Shown: positions 20,727 to 29,416 of the stretch, piece after piece | Position numbering within the stretch: the first letter of the stretch is position 1 | Layout: the number at the start of each line of letters is the position of its first letter | Source of the DNA: Candidatus Pelagibacter sp. | Lineage (GTDB): Bacteria; Pseudomonadota; Alphaproteobacteria; Pelagibacterales; Pelagibacteraceae | Assembly: GCF_052049975.1 (NCBI RefSeq) | Contig: NZ_JBNGYZ010000001.1 | Location: 314,468-378,467, forward strand | DNA: 64,000 nucleotides | Direction of reading: 5' to 3' | Translations under genes and position numbers: made by a program | Notes under the pieces: generated by a model | The model's input: the letters and a program-made list of their open reading frames with translations, nothing else | What the model was told of the DNA's origin: nothing | Database searches by the model: none

Positions 20727-21226
20727 GAAATATTTCTTAACACAACCTCTTTTGCTTCATTTACAATAGCTGATAGTCTTGCAGTTTCTGGAGAAACATC
20801 AGGATGTATTTTCTTTTGTATATTTACATAAGCTTTATTCACATCTTCTTTAGTAATTTTTTTCTTCATATCTAAGTTAAGAATTTTGTAAGCTTCAGAA
20901 ACTGTCATTGTTGTATTATTTGTTGTGCTTGATTGACTAAAATTAAATCTTCCAGAACTTCTCAAAGTTTGTAGAAGTCTGAATAATGAAAATAATTGGA
21001 ATAAAGATAAACCCTTTAACTTCATAAGACCCAAGCTGATTAATGTTAAAGGTAAAGACAGTAAAAACTTTCCACCAATAGCAAATAAAATAGCTAAAAT
21101 TATTGATCCAAAAATTATTAGGATCCTAAGACTTTTTGATATTTTTTTTGGTGAAATATTGGTTAGAAATTTAAGAATAAAGTAGAACAACGTCAAAATT
21201 ACTACTGTATAAATTATTATATTCAT
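20723..21226 (-). CDS. Membrane-anchored C-terminal J-domain protein (Pam18/TimB-like)
   Basis: N-terminal TM segments, then MTVSEAYKILNL...IHPDVSPE...IVNEAKEVVL with HPD. Start ATG 21226 preferred over 21256, which would overlap ptrB. Confidence 0.8.
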   Translation of the reverse strand: MNIIIYTVVILTLFYFILKFLTNISPKKISKSLRILIIFGSIILAILFAIGGKFLLSLPLTLISLGLMKLKGLSLFQLFSLFRLLQTLRSSGRFNFSQSSTTNNTTMTVSEAYKILNLDMKKKITKEDVNKAYVNIQKKIHPDVSPETARLSAIVNEAKEVVLRNIS

Positions 21227-21241
21227 GTATTTCGTCTCAAA

Positions 21242-23317
21242 ATGAAAATACCACATCTTAAAAAAAAACCAGAACTTAAATCATGTCATAATGTTACATG
21301 GGAAGATAATTATAGCTGGATACATCAAGAAAATATTTTAGAAGTTTTAAAAGATAAAAATAAACTTAATCCAGAAGTTAAAGAATACCTAGAAAATGAA
21401 AACATTTATGCAGACCATCATCTTAAAGATACAAAAGATTTACAAAAAACTTTATTTGATGAAATTAAAGGGCGAATTAAATTAGATGACGAGTCTCTTC
21501 CATACAAAGATCATACTTATGAGTATTGGACAAAAACTACCACAAAAGGAAATTACTCCATAAAATCAAGAAAAAAAATTAAATCTTCAACCGTTGAGGA
21601 AATTTGGAATGGTGATCAAGAGAAAGAAAAATTAGGCGTTGAATACTTCGGTGTTGGCGATTTAGAAGTAAGCTTTAATGATCAATATCTAGGTTATTCA
21701 TTAGATACAAAAGGATCAGAATATTACTCAATATTTATAAGAGATATAAAAAGTAAAGAAGTGATATCACCAGAAATAAAAGATACTTCTGGAAGTATAA
21801 CTTTCAGCTTAGATGACAATTATATTTTTTACTCAAAACTAGATGATAATCATCGAGCAAGAACTATATATCGACATAAACTTGGAACTAAAACTGAAGA
21901 AGATGAATTAATTTTCAACGAAAAAAGTGATGCTTTTACCGTAAGTATAAGCTTAAGCTCAGATGAGAAATATTTTTTTATTTCTACTTCAGACCATAAC
22001 ACATCTGAACAATATTATTTTAAATCAGATGAAGAAAAACCAAAACCTAAACTCATCAAAAAAAGAAAAAAAGGTGTTTTATATTCTGTAAACTCTTGGG
22101 ATAATAAATTTTATAATCATACTAACGAGAATGCAGAAGATTTTAAAGTTGAAATTTCAAATAGCCTAGAAAACCAAAAATGGTCGGATTTTATTCCACC
22201 TAAGGAAGAGGTTTTAGTTGGCGGGTGTACTTTTTTAAATAATTGGATTTTAAGATCAGAAACCTCAAATGCATTGGATAAAATTTTCGTTAAAAATATT
22301 GAAACAGGGATAGAAGAAGAGCTTATTTTTTCAGATGAGACTGTAACTGTTCCTGGGGTATCTTTAATGCAAAGAGATAAAAATACAGACACGGTGTATC
22401 TGAGTTATTCTTCACCAAAAACACCTTCGAGGGTTTATAAATATAATCTTCAAACAAAAGAAAAAATTCTTGTTAAAGAACAAGAAATTCCATCAGGTCA
22501 TAATCCTGATGATTATATGGTGGAAAGAATTGAATATAAGTCTCATGATGGAAGGTTAGTCCCATTAACAATCACAAGGCACAAAAATACAAAATTAGAT
22601 GGTTCAGCTAATTTATTATTATATGGATATGGATCTTATGGAAGTTCTATGAATCCAATATTTTCATCCACAAGATTAAGTTTAATTAATAGAGATATTA
22701 TTTGGGCTACTGCACATATCAGAGGGGGTATGGAAAAAGGTATGAAGTGGTGGAAAGAAGGTAAACTTTTAAATAAAAAAAATACCTTTGAAGATTATAT
22801 TTATGCAGCAAAATATTTAATTGAAAATAAATATACCTCTCAAAAAAAAATAATTGGTATGGGTGGTTCTGCTGGAGGTTTGCTGATGGGAGCAGTGGTT
22901 AATAGTGCCCCTGAATTATTTTTAGGAATAATAATGGCTGTGCCTTTTGTGGATTCGTTAACTACAAATTTAGACCATTCATTACCACTTACAATTGGTG
23001 AATTTGATGAATTTGGTAATGCTAAAGATATTAAAGAACATTTTGATTATATTTATTCTTACGCACCTTATAACAATATAAAAAAAATGGATTACCCTCA
23101 TATTTTAATTACAACAAGTTTAAGTGACAATAGAGTATTATTCGATGAGCCTGCAAAATTTACTGCAAAATTAAGAGACTATAAAACTGATAATAATTTA
23201 TTACTTTTAAAAACAGAAATGAACGCTGGTCATGGCGGCAAATCTGGTAGAGATGGAGCAATTGAAGAAATTGCGGTTGATTATGCATTTGCCTTAAAAA
23301 TTTCAAATAAAATTTAA
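21242..23317 (+). CDS. ptrB: Oligopeptidase B (peptidase S9A)
   Basis: WEDNYSWI, LYGYGSYG, HIRGG, GGSAGG (Ser), SDNRV (Asp), AGHGG (His). Confidence 0.93.
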   Translation: MKIPHLKKKPELKSCHNVTWEDNYSWIHQENILEVLKDKNKLNPEVKEYLENENIYADHHLKDTKDLQKTLFDEIKGRIKLDDESLPYKDHTYEYWTKTTTKGNYSIKSRKKIKSSTVEEIWNGDQEKEKLGVEYFGVGDLEVSFNDQYLGYSLDTKGSEYYSIFIRDIKSKEVISPEIKDTSGSITFSLDDNYIFYSKLDDNHRARTIYRHKLGTKTEEDELIFNEKSDAFTVSISLSSDEKYFFISTSDHNTSEQYYFKSDEEKPKPKLIKKRKKGVLYSVNSWDNKFYNHTNENAEDFKVEISNSLENQKWSDFIPPKEEVLVGGCTFLNNWILRSETSNALDKIFVKNIETGIEEELIFSDETVTVPGVSLMQRDKNTDTVYLSYSSPKTPSRVYKYNLQTKEKILVKEQEIPSGHNPDDYMVERIEYKSHDGRLVPLTITRHKNTKLDGSANLLLYGYGSYGSSMNPIFSSTRLSLINRDIIWATAHIRGGMEKGMKWWKEGKLLNKKNTFEDYIYAAKYLIENKYTSQKKIIGMGGSAGGLLMGAVVNSAPELFLGIIMAVPFVDSLTTNLDHSLPLTIGEFDEFGNAKDIKEHFDYIYSYAPYNNIKKMDYPHILITTSLSDNRVLFDEPAKFTAKLRDYKTDNNLLLLKTEMNAGHGGKSGRDGAIEEIAVDYAFALKISNKI

Positions 23318-23323
23318 TACACT

Positions 23324-23351
23324 ATTGAAATAGAAAGTTTCGTACCTATAT
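23324..23351 (+). promoter_or_regulatory. RpoH-type promoter of the Hsp20 gene
   Basis: ATTGAAA at 23324 and CCTATAT at 23345-23351, the same spacing as the groESL promoter. Confidence 0.7.
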
Positions 23352-23358
23352 GAAAACA

Positions 23359-23415
23359 GTAAGTTGCCTAATGGGACTTACAAAATAACTTGCTTAATAA
23401 AAGGAGGAAACTATG
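23359..23415 (+). ncRNA. ROSE-type RNA thermometer in the Hsp20 5' UTR
   Basis: 5' hairpin GTAAGTTGCC-TAAT-GGGACTTAC (23359-23381). 3' hairpin in which CUUGCUU (23389-23395) pairs with the SD AAGGAG (23401-23406) leaving G23392 bulged, the ROSE U(U/C)GCU signature, upstream of a small heat-shock gene. Confidence 0.75.
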
Positions 23416-23859
23416 ACAAGTAAGGATCTATCTATATTTAACTCATTAAGACCGTTTTCAATTGGATTTGACGATATGTTTGATCAATTTGAAAATATGT
23501 TAGGTAATGGAAGTTTGACAATGCAATCAAACTATCCGCCATATAACATCAGAAAAACTGGAAAAGACAACTATGCTATTGAGGTTGCTTTAGCTGGTTT
23601 TAACAAAAATGATGTAGAAGTTGAGTTTGAGGATAATTTATTAACTGTAAGAACAAAACAAGTTAATAAATCTGAAGATAAAACTGTGGATGGGGAAATT
23701 ATTCATAAAGGAATATCTCAAAGACAATTTGCAAGATCATTTACAATTGCTGATGATGTAAAAGTGAATGGTGCAGAGCTTAAAGATGGTCTTTTAACTA
23801 TTTCTTGTGAAAGAATTGTACCTGAACATAAGAAGAAAAAACTTATAGAAATTAAGTAA
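23413..23859 (+). CDS. ibpA: Small heat shock protein Hsp20 (IbpA-like)
   Basis: SIGFDDMF, NYPPYNI, IEVALAGF, HKGISQRQFARSF, LKDGLLTI. Confidence 0.92.
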   Translation: MTSKDLSIFNSLRPFSIGFDDMFDQFENMLGNGSLTMQSNYPPYNIRKTGKDNYAIEVALAGFNKNDVEVEFEDNLLTVRTKQVNKSEDKTVDGEIIHKGISQRQFARSFTIADDVKVNGAELKDGLLTISCERIVPEHKKKKLIEIK

Positions 23860-23868
23860 ATAACCTTG

Positions 23869-23893
23869 CTTGCGGAGATCTAATCTCCGCAAG
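23869..23893. terminator. Hairpin between convergent Hsp20 and lipoprotein genes (probable bidirectional terminator)
   Basis: CTTGCGGAGAT-CTA-ATCTCCGCAAG, perfect 11-bp stem. T tracts are weak. Confidence 0.75.
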
Positions 23894-23899
23894 TTAAAA

Positions 23900-24196
23900 T
23901 TAAATACAACCTTTAGAAATAAATCCAATTACTATTTCGTTTCCATCGATTTCGAACTTTCGTTCACAAGGTATCCCATATTTTCTAGTTTTATAAATCA
24001 TAACTTTATTTCCATTTTCATTTAAGAAATCTTCATTTGAAACACCTAATTCTGATTTCAAATTTGAAACGGGCTTACCAATAAATGCACTAAGCTTTTC
24101 ATTTTCTTTTTTTACAATTTCATCAGTTTTTTCTTTGACTGTTTGACAACCAATAAAAAAGTTAAAGAATAAGAAAAATAGAATAAATTTGTTCAT
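23900..24196 (-). CDS. Small hypothetical lipoprotein
   Basis: Lipobox FIGC. Domain FIGKPVSNLKSELG...YGIPCERKF...KGC with a Cys pair, reminiscent of OsmE/BamE-like small lipoprotein domains. Confidence 0.7.
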   Translation of the reverse strand: MNKFILFFLFFNFFIGCQTVKEKTDEIVKKENEKLSAFIGKPVSNLKSELGVSNEDFLNENGNKVMIYKTRKYGIPCERKFEIDGNEIVIGFISKGCI

Positions 24197-24320
24197 AATA
24201 TATAAATATCACTAAAATTTATGCTTAATATAAACTTGTAAGTTGAATTATGTGAATAAATTTTAGTTTTAATAAGCAATTTCAATAAGAATCGCCTAAT
24301 TATTAATTTTAGGAGGAAAA

Positions 24321-25631
24321 ATGCTTGATAATTATTTTAATTATAAAAAACACAAAACTGATTTTAAAACAGAAGTAATTGCCGGAACTACTACTTTTTT
24401 AACAATGGCATATATTATGTTTTTAAATCCGTTTATATTGTCAGGTGAATTTGCAGGACCAGAAAAAGGATTTTTTGATTTTGGTGCAGTTTATACAGCA
24501 ACTATTTTAGCTACTGCTCTTGCTTGCTTCATCATGGCTTTTTACGGAAAAACTTGGCCAATTGGTTTAGCGCCAGGTATGGGAATTAATGCCTTTGTTG
24601 CTTTTGGAGTATGTGCGGGAATGGGTTACACTCCTCAAGAAGCACTGGGTGCAGTATTGGTAGCTGGTGTCTTGTTCTTAATTATTTCACTTACACCAAT
24701 TAGAGCATGGTTGATCAATTCTATACCAAGAAGTTTAAAACTTGGTATTGGTGCAGGAATTGGATTATTTCTTGCAATTATAGGATTACAAATCATGGAA
24801 GTTGTAGTTGATGATCCAGTAACTCTCGTAAAACTTGGAAACTTAGGAGATCCAATTGTTTTACTTGGATGTGCAACATTTATTGCAATCATTGTTTTAG
24901 AAAAAATGAACGTAAAAGGGAATATCATTATTGGAATCTTAGCATTTAGTATTATTGCATGGGCTTCTGGTCTTGCAAAATTCAATGGAATTGTAAGTTC
25001 TCCACCACCAATGACATATTTATTTGAGTTTGATTTATCTGCTGCAATGACTGCTGGAATGTCCACTGTAATCTTTACTTTATTATTTATTGACTTCTTT
25101 GATACTGCTGGAACTTTAACTTCTGTAGCAAATGTTGCAGGTAAAGTAGATAAACAAGGAAAGGTACAAGACATTAATAAAGCGATGTTATCTGATAGCG
25201 TTGGTACTGTTGCTGGAGCAATGATGGGTACTTCAACAGTTACTAGTTACGTTGAATCTGGCGCAGGTGTAAAAGCTGGTGGAAAAACTGGAATGACATC
25301 CCTTGTAATTGGATTGTTGTTCTTAGCATGTATATTTTTTGCTCCTTTAGCTACAAGTTTGCCTAAACAAATTGATGGTGCAGCTTTATTATTTGTTTCA
25401 GTTTTATTTGTAAGAAATATTACAGACATTGAATGGAATGATATTGCAGAGTCGGCTCCAGCAATTCTTGCCATGATTGCGATGCCATTAACTTATAGTA
25501 TTAGTAATGGTATAGCATTAGCTTTTGTCTCTTATGCTTTAATCAAATTATTTACTGGAAAATTTTCTTCAACTTCTCCAGCTATTTGGGTTATAGCAAT
25601 ACTTAGTTTAATAAGTTTTATTATTGGCTAA
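24321..25631 (+). CDS. NCS2/AzgA-family purine permease
   Basis: EVIAGTTTFLTMAYI, APGMGINAF, DFFDTAGT, YVESGAGVKAGGKTG, MPLTYSISNGIA. SD AGGAGG. Confidence 0.92.
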   Translation: MLDNYFNYKKHKTDFKTEVIAGTTTFLTMAYIMFLNPFILSGEFAGPEKGFFDFGAVYTATILATALACFIMAFYGKTWPIGLAPGMGINAFVAFGVCAGMGYTPQEALGAVLVAGVLFLIISLTPIRAWLINSIPRSLKLGIGAGIGLFLAIIGLQIMEVVVDDPVTLVKLGNLGDPIVLLGCATFIAIIVLEKMNVKGNIIIGILAFSIIAWASGLAKFNGIVSSPPPMTYLFEFDLSAAMTAGMSTVIFTLLFIDFFDTAGTLTSVANVAGKVDKQGKVQDINKAMLSDSVGTVAGAMMGTSTVTSYVESGAGVKAGGKTGMTSLVIGLLFLACIFFAPLATSLPKQIDGAALLFVSVLFVRNITDIEWNDIAESAPAILAMIAMPLTYSISNGIALAFVSYALIKLFTGKFSSTSPAIWVIAILSLISFIIG

Positions 25632-25640
25632 AAAGTTTTT

Positions 25641-25669
25641 TCAGGGCTAGTATAATTTACTAGCCCTGA
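25641..25669. terminator. Bidirectional terminator hairpin overlapping the PRTase stop codon
   Basis: TCAGGGCTAGTA-TAATT-TACTAGCCCTGA, perfect 12-bp stem between convergent genes, with T/A tracts nearby on both sides. Confidence 0.8.
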
Positions 25670-26187
25670 TTATTTTTCTTAATAATATCCTCAATTGTTA
25701 ATTCCTCATAATGTTCAGTTGGTTGAACTATCCATGGATCATTTTCTAACTTAACAGGACAAAAATCTGGTTCAAAACTAGAAGATTTCTTTTTCCATAA
25801 ACAAGCTGTTTTAACTTCTTTGATAAAACTTTTTGTAGGACCATAATTTTTTAACCATTCAATACTTTTATTTAAAGTCAATCCAGTATCTGAAAGATCA
25901 TCAATTAACAAAACTCTGTTGAAATCTTCATTATTTGCCAAAGAGCTTATTTCTCTTGCGAACATAAGTTCACCTTGCTTATCTTCCATACCCTCTCCTG
26001 AATAACTCTGTATTACAATATAAGCTATTGGTAATTTTAGTATTCTTGACAATATATCTATAATTGGTGCAGCTCCTCTCATTATTCCAATTAAGACAGT
26101 TGGGTTATATTTTTTGTGAATTTCTATAGCTAGTTTTTCAACAGTTCTGTTATATTCTTCGAAACTTATAATCAATTTATCTGCCAT
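25660..26187 (-). CDS. Type I phosphoribosyltransferase (xanthine/guanine PRT-like)
   Basis: PRPP motif VLLIDDLSDTGLTL, IMRGAAP, SYSG, WIVQP. Start ATG 26187 (MADKLIISFEEY) preferred; 26202 is possible. Confidence 0.85.
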   Translation of the reverse strand: MADKLIISFEEYNRTVEKLAIEIHKKYNPTVLIGIMRGAAPIIDILSRILKLPIAYIVIQSYSGEGMEDKQGELMFAREISSLANNEDFNRVLLIDDLSDTGLTLNKSIEWLKNYGPTKSFIKEVKTACLWKKKSSSFEPDFCPVKLENDPWIVQPTEHYEELTIEDIIKKNNQG

Positions 26188-26228
26188 AAATTTATTTATC
26201 ATATAAATTGTAATAAAAAAATATTCTT

Positions 26229-27119
26229 ATGAAAATTTATGATTGTTTTATGTATTTTGATGAAGATGTCGTGCTAGACGTCAGGCTTAATGTCTTAGAT
26301 AAATATGTTGATAGATTTGTAATTATAGAATCAATTTTTAACCATAAAGGTGAAAAAAGAAAACCATTATTCGACATTAATAAATTTCAAAGTTTTAAAC
26401 ACAAAATAAATTATATTTTGCTTAAAACACAACCAGATAATTTAGAAGAAATACATAAAAATGATGACAAAAATGAAATTTATAGAAAATCTATTTTTAA
26501 TGCTTGGAAGAGAGAAAATTTTCAAAGAAACAAAATTCAAAGTGGTCTTAAAGATGCTGATGATAATGATTGGATAATCATTTCAGATTTGGATGAAATA
26601 CCCAATTTAGAAAATTTAGACTTTAACGAAACTAAAGATAAATTTGTTTTTTTTAAACAACACCAAATTTATTATAAATTTAATCTTAAATTAGAAAATT
26701 ATGATTGGATTGGGAGCAAATCTTGTAGGTATAAAGATTTAAAATCACCTCAATGGTTAAGAGATATAAAAAGTAAAAAGTTTGGTTGGTGGCGGTTTGA
26801 TACTTTTTTTGCTAAAAATAAATTTATTGGTATAAAATTTATTGAATATGGTGGATGGCATTTTTCTTATTTAAAAAATCCAAAAGATATAGAAACAAAA
26901 TTGAAATCTTATTTACATCATATCGATTATGATCAAAATCCATTGGGAGAAAGTAAAATTGCAAATTTAATTCAAGAAAAAAGGACAGTATACAATTTAA
27001 AAGTAGATCAAAGATTTAGTAAATTTGACAGCCAAAATGATTTAAAAAAAATAGATATGAATCTTTTACCAAAATATATAAATGATAATCAAACACTACT
27101 GAAAGAATGGTTAGATTAA
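26229..27119 (+). CDS. Glycosyltransferase family 17-like protein
   Basis: IYDCFMYFDE, LDVRLNVL, ENFQRN, ISDLDEIP, GGWHFSY. Confidence 0.8.
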   Translation: MKIYDCFMYFDEDVVLDVRLNVLDKYVDRFVIIESIFNHKGEKRKPLFDINKFQSFKHKINYILLKTQPDNLEEIHKNDDKNEIYRKSIFNAWKRENFQRNKIQSGLKDADDNDWIIISDLDEIPNLENLDFNETKDKFVFFKQHQIYYKFNLKLENYDWIGSKSCRYKDLKSPQWLRDIKSKKFGWWRFDTFFAKNKFIGIKFIEYGGWHFSYLKNPKDIETKLKSYLHHIDYDQNPLGESKIANLIQEKRTVYNLKVDQRFSKFDSQNDLKKIDMNLLPKYINDNQTLLKEWLD

Positions 27120-27134
27120 GCTAAAGGAGATTTA

Positions 27135-27422
27135 ATGAAAGGTTATGTTGTATGTGTGTATGAAAATATTCAGGATCAAGAAATTTTAAAAAATTACGCA
27201 GTTAAAGCAAAAAATGCTGTAGAAAAATATGAGGGAACTTTTTTAGTAAGAGGAGGAAAAAAAATTACTACAGAAGGTAAAGAATTTGTCAGAACAGTTG
27301 TTATAGAATTTAACTCATTTGAAATTGCTAAAAATTTTTTTTATTCAACAGAATATCAAGATGCACATTCTATCTTAGGTAATACTGTTATTAGGAATCA
27401 TCAAATTATAGAGGGTGCTTAA
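27135..27422 (+). CDS. DUF1330-domain protein
   Basis: EKYEGTFLVRGG, RTVVIEF, YSTEYQ. SD AAGGAG. Confidence 0.85.
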   Translation: MKGYVVCVYENIQDQEILKNYAVKAKNAVEKYEGTFLVRGGKKITTEGKEFVRTVVIEFNSFEIAKNFFYSTEYQDAHSILGNTVIRNHQIIEGA

Positions 27423-27424
27423 AG

Positions 27425-28060
27425 CTAATATTGGATTGGTTCAGGATCAATACTTCTCCACAAATACCATGTTGCAACTGAGCAATAAGGAGAAAACCTT
27501 TTTTTTAGAAGATTAACAAATTTTTCTGGCGGTAAATAATTTTTTTTATAATTTTTAGATATTGCTCTAAGTAGACCTATATCCTGGATAGGCCATATAT
27601 TTGGTCTATTATAAGTGAATAATAATATCATTTCTGCTGACCATCTTCCGATTTGTCTTAATGTAGATAAATATTCTATAGCTTCTTCATCTGACATTTT
27701 TTCTATTAATTTTGGATTAAACGTTTTTTCTATTATTTGTTTTGATAGACTCTTAATACCTAAAATCTTTTGCCTACTTAATCCACATTTTCTCAATTTT
27801 GCAGTTGTTAATTTAGAAACAATTAAAGGTTTAATTTTGCCTTTACATTCTTTTTTAAATTTTAAAAAAACAGAGTTTGCTGCAGCTACACTTATTTGTT
27901 GGCCTATAATACTTTTACATAATGAAAAAAAAACATCTTTTCTTGATGTTAATATTACTTCAGAAGGGGATTTGTAAGATCTAATTAATTTTTTCATGAC
28001 TCTATCTTTGTCTGATAAGTATTTTTTAGCTGATATCCAGTATTTTGGTTTTTTAGTCAT
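27425..28060 (-). CDS. alkA: DNA-3-methyladenine glycosylase II (AlkA/HhH-GPD family)
   Basis: SIIGQQISVAAA, GLSRQK, LRQIGRWSAEM, WPIQDIGL, PYCSVATWYLW. Confidence 0.85.
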   Translation of the reverse strand: MTKKPKYWISAKKYLSDKDRVMKKLIRSYKSPSEVILTSRKDVFFSLCKSIIGQQISVAAANSVFLKFKKECKGKIKPLIVSKLTTAKLRKCGLSRQKILGIKSLSKQIIEKTFNPKLIEKMSDEEAIEYLSTLRQIGRWSAEMILLFTYNRPNIWPIQDIGLLRAISKNYKKNYLPPEKFVNLLKKRFSPYCSVATWYLWRSIDPEPIQY

Positions 28061-28937
28061 TCAAAGTTTTTGTTGAAATGGTTTTTTTTTTATAAATTTC
28101 TCTCCTAAATATAATCAAAGTAGAAAAAATTACTAAACCAGCACCAAATAAACTTTTAATAGTTGGAATTTCATCCCAAATTAAATATCCGAATATTATT
28201 GCAAAAACTAAAGCTAAATATTTTAATGGTGTGACTAAAGATACTTCTGAGTATTTATAAGACTGACTTAGCCACAAATTAGCTACTCCTCCAAAAATAC
28301 CTATCATTGCCAGAATTAAAAAATCTTTTGTTGATGGCATTATCCATCCTAAAGGTATTGAAAATATACTTAATAGAGTTATTGAAATTGAAAAATATAA
28401 AGATATTAACCATACGGGCTCTGTGGAAGATAATTTTCTTATTGTGATAGCTACATAAGATAACCCAATACAAAAAATTATTGGGAATATGTAATATATA
28501 TTAAGTGAAGTTATTCCTGGTTCAGTGATAACTAATATTCCAATAAATCCAACAATGACTGCTAACCATCTGTAAACACCAACTTTTTCACTCAATAAAA
28601 AAATCGAAAAAATTGTTGTAAAAATAGGTGCTGCGAAAGAAATACTTACAACAGTTGCTAAGGGCAAACTTCTCAAGGCGATGAATATTGCCACTAAAGC
28701 TATTAAGCCAGAAAAACATCTTAAAAAATGTAACCCTGGCCTTTTTGTAAAGTAGAAATTATGTAATCTTTCTCGTGGTATTATAAAAAAATAAAAAACT
28801 ATACCAAAAAAACCTCTAAAAAATAAAACTTGTCCTAATGGATAATGCTCAGACCATTTGACTATAATGTCCATTATAGAAAATGCACATATGGACATGA
28901 ACATATATAAAAAACCTAATTGATTTTTAGTAAGCAT
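28053..28937 (-). CDS. EamA/DMT-family transporter
   Basis: About ten TM segments in two repeats, FFRG, FAAPIF, SEKVG..RW. Confidence 0.88.
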   Translation of the reverse strand: MLTKNQLGFLYMFMSICAFSIMDIIVKWSEHYPLGQVLFFRGFFGIVFYFFIIPRERLHNFYFTKRPGLHFLRCFSGLIALVAIFIALRSLPLATVVSISFAAPIFTTIFSIFLLSEKVGVYRWLAVIVGFIGILVITEPGITSLNIYYIFPIIFCIGLSYVAITIRKLSSTEPVWLISLYFSISITLLSIFSIPLGWIMPSTKDFLILAMIGIFGGVANLWLSQSYKYSEVSLVTPLKYLALVFAIIFGYLIWDEIPTIKSLFGAGLVIFSTLIIFRREIYKKKTISTKTLND

Positions 28938-28972
28938 AATAATAACTTGTATTTTAATTTAAGGTTTAATCA

Positions 28973-29416
28973 ATGGAAATAGCAGTTTTAGCACTAGGGT
29001 GTTTTTGGGGACCTGAAAAAAGATTTGGTCAAATCGAAGGTATTTTAAAAACGGAAGTTGGATATTGCGGAGGACATAACTCTGATACAACTTACAAAGA
29101 AGTTTGCTCAGGCGAAACAGGTCATGCAGAAGTAGTTAAACTTAATTATGATCCATCTAAAATTACATATAAAAAGATCATAGAGATTTTTTTTGATATA
29201 CACGATCCAACTACTCTAAATTCTCAAGGGCCTGATTTTGGTACACAATATAGAAGTGAAATATTTTATAATAACGAGGAACAAAAAAAAATAGCTAGTG
29301 AGGTTTTGAATGAAGTTAATAAAAAATTAAATGGAAAAGTTGTAACAAAAATTTCTAAAATAAATAATTATTGTAGAGCGGAAGAATATCATCAAAAATA
29401 TTTAGATAAAAATTAA
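28973..29416 (+). CDS. msrA: Peptide-methionine (S)-S-oxide reductase
   Basis: GCFWG, VGYCGG, YKEVCSGETGHAE, HDPTTLNSQGPDFGTQYRS, AEEYHQKY. Confidence 0.95.
   Translation: MEIAVLALGCFWGPEKRFGQIEGILKTEVGYCGGHNSDTTYKEVCSGETGHAEVVKLNYDPSKITYKKIIEIFFDIHDPTTLNSQGPDFGTQYRSEIFYNNEEQKKIASEVLNEVNKKLNGKVVTKISKINNYCRAEEYHQKYLDKN

Noticed and set aside
24635-25474. 179-aa and 75-aa antisense ORFs inside the NCS2 permease
   Set aside because: Stop-poor antisense frame expected from Gly/Ala/Val/Ile-rich membrane-protein codons.
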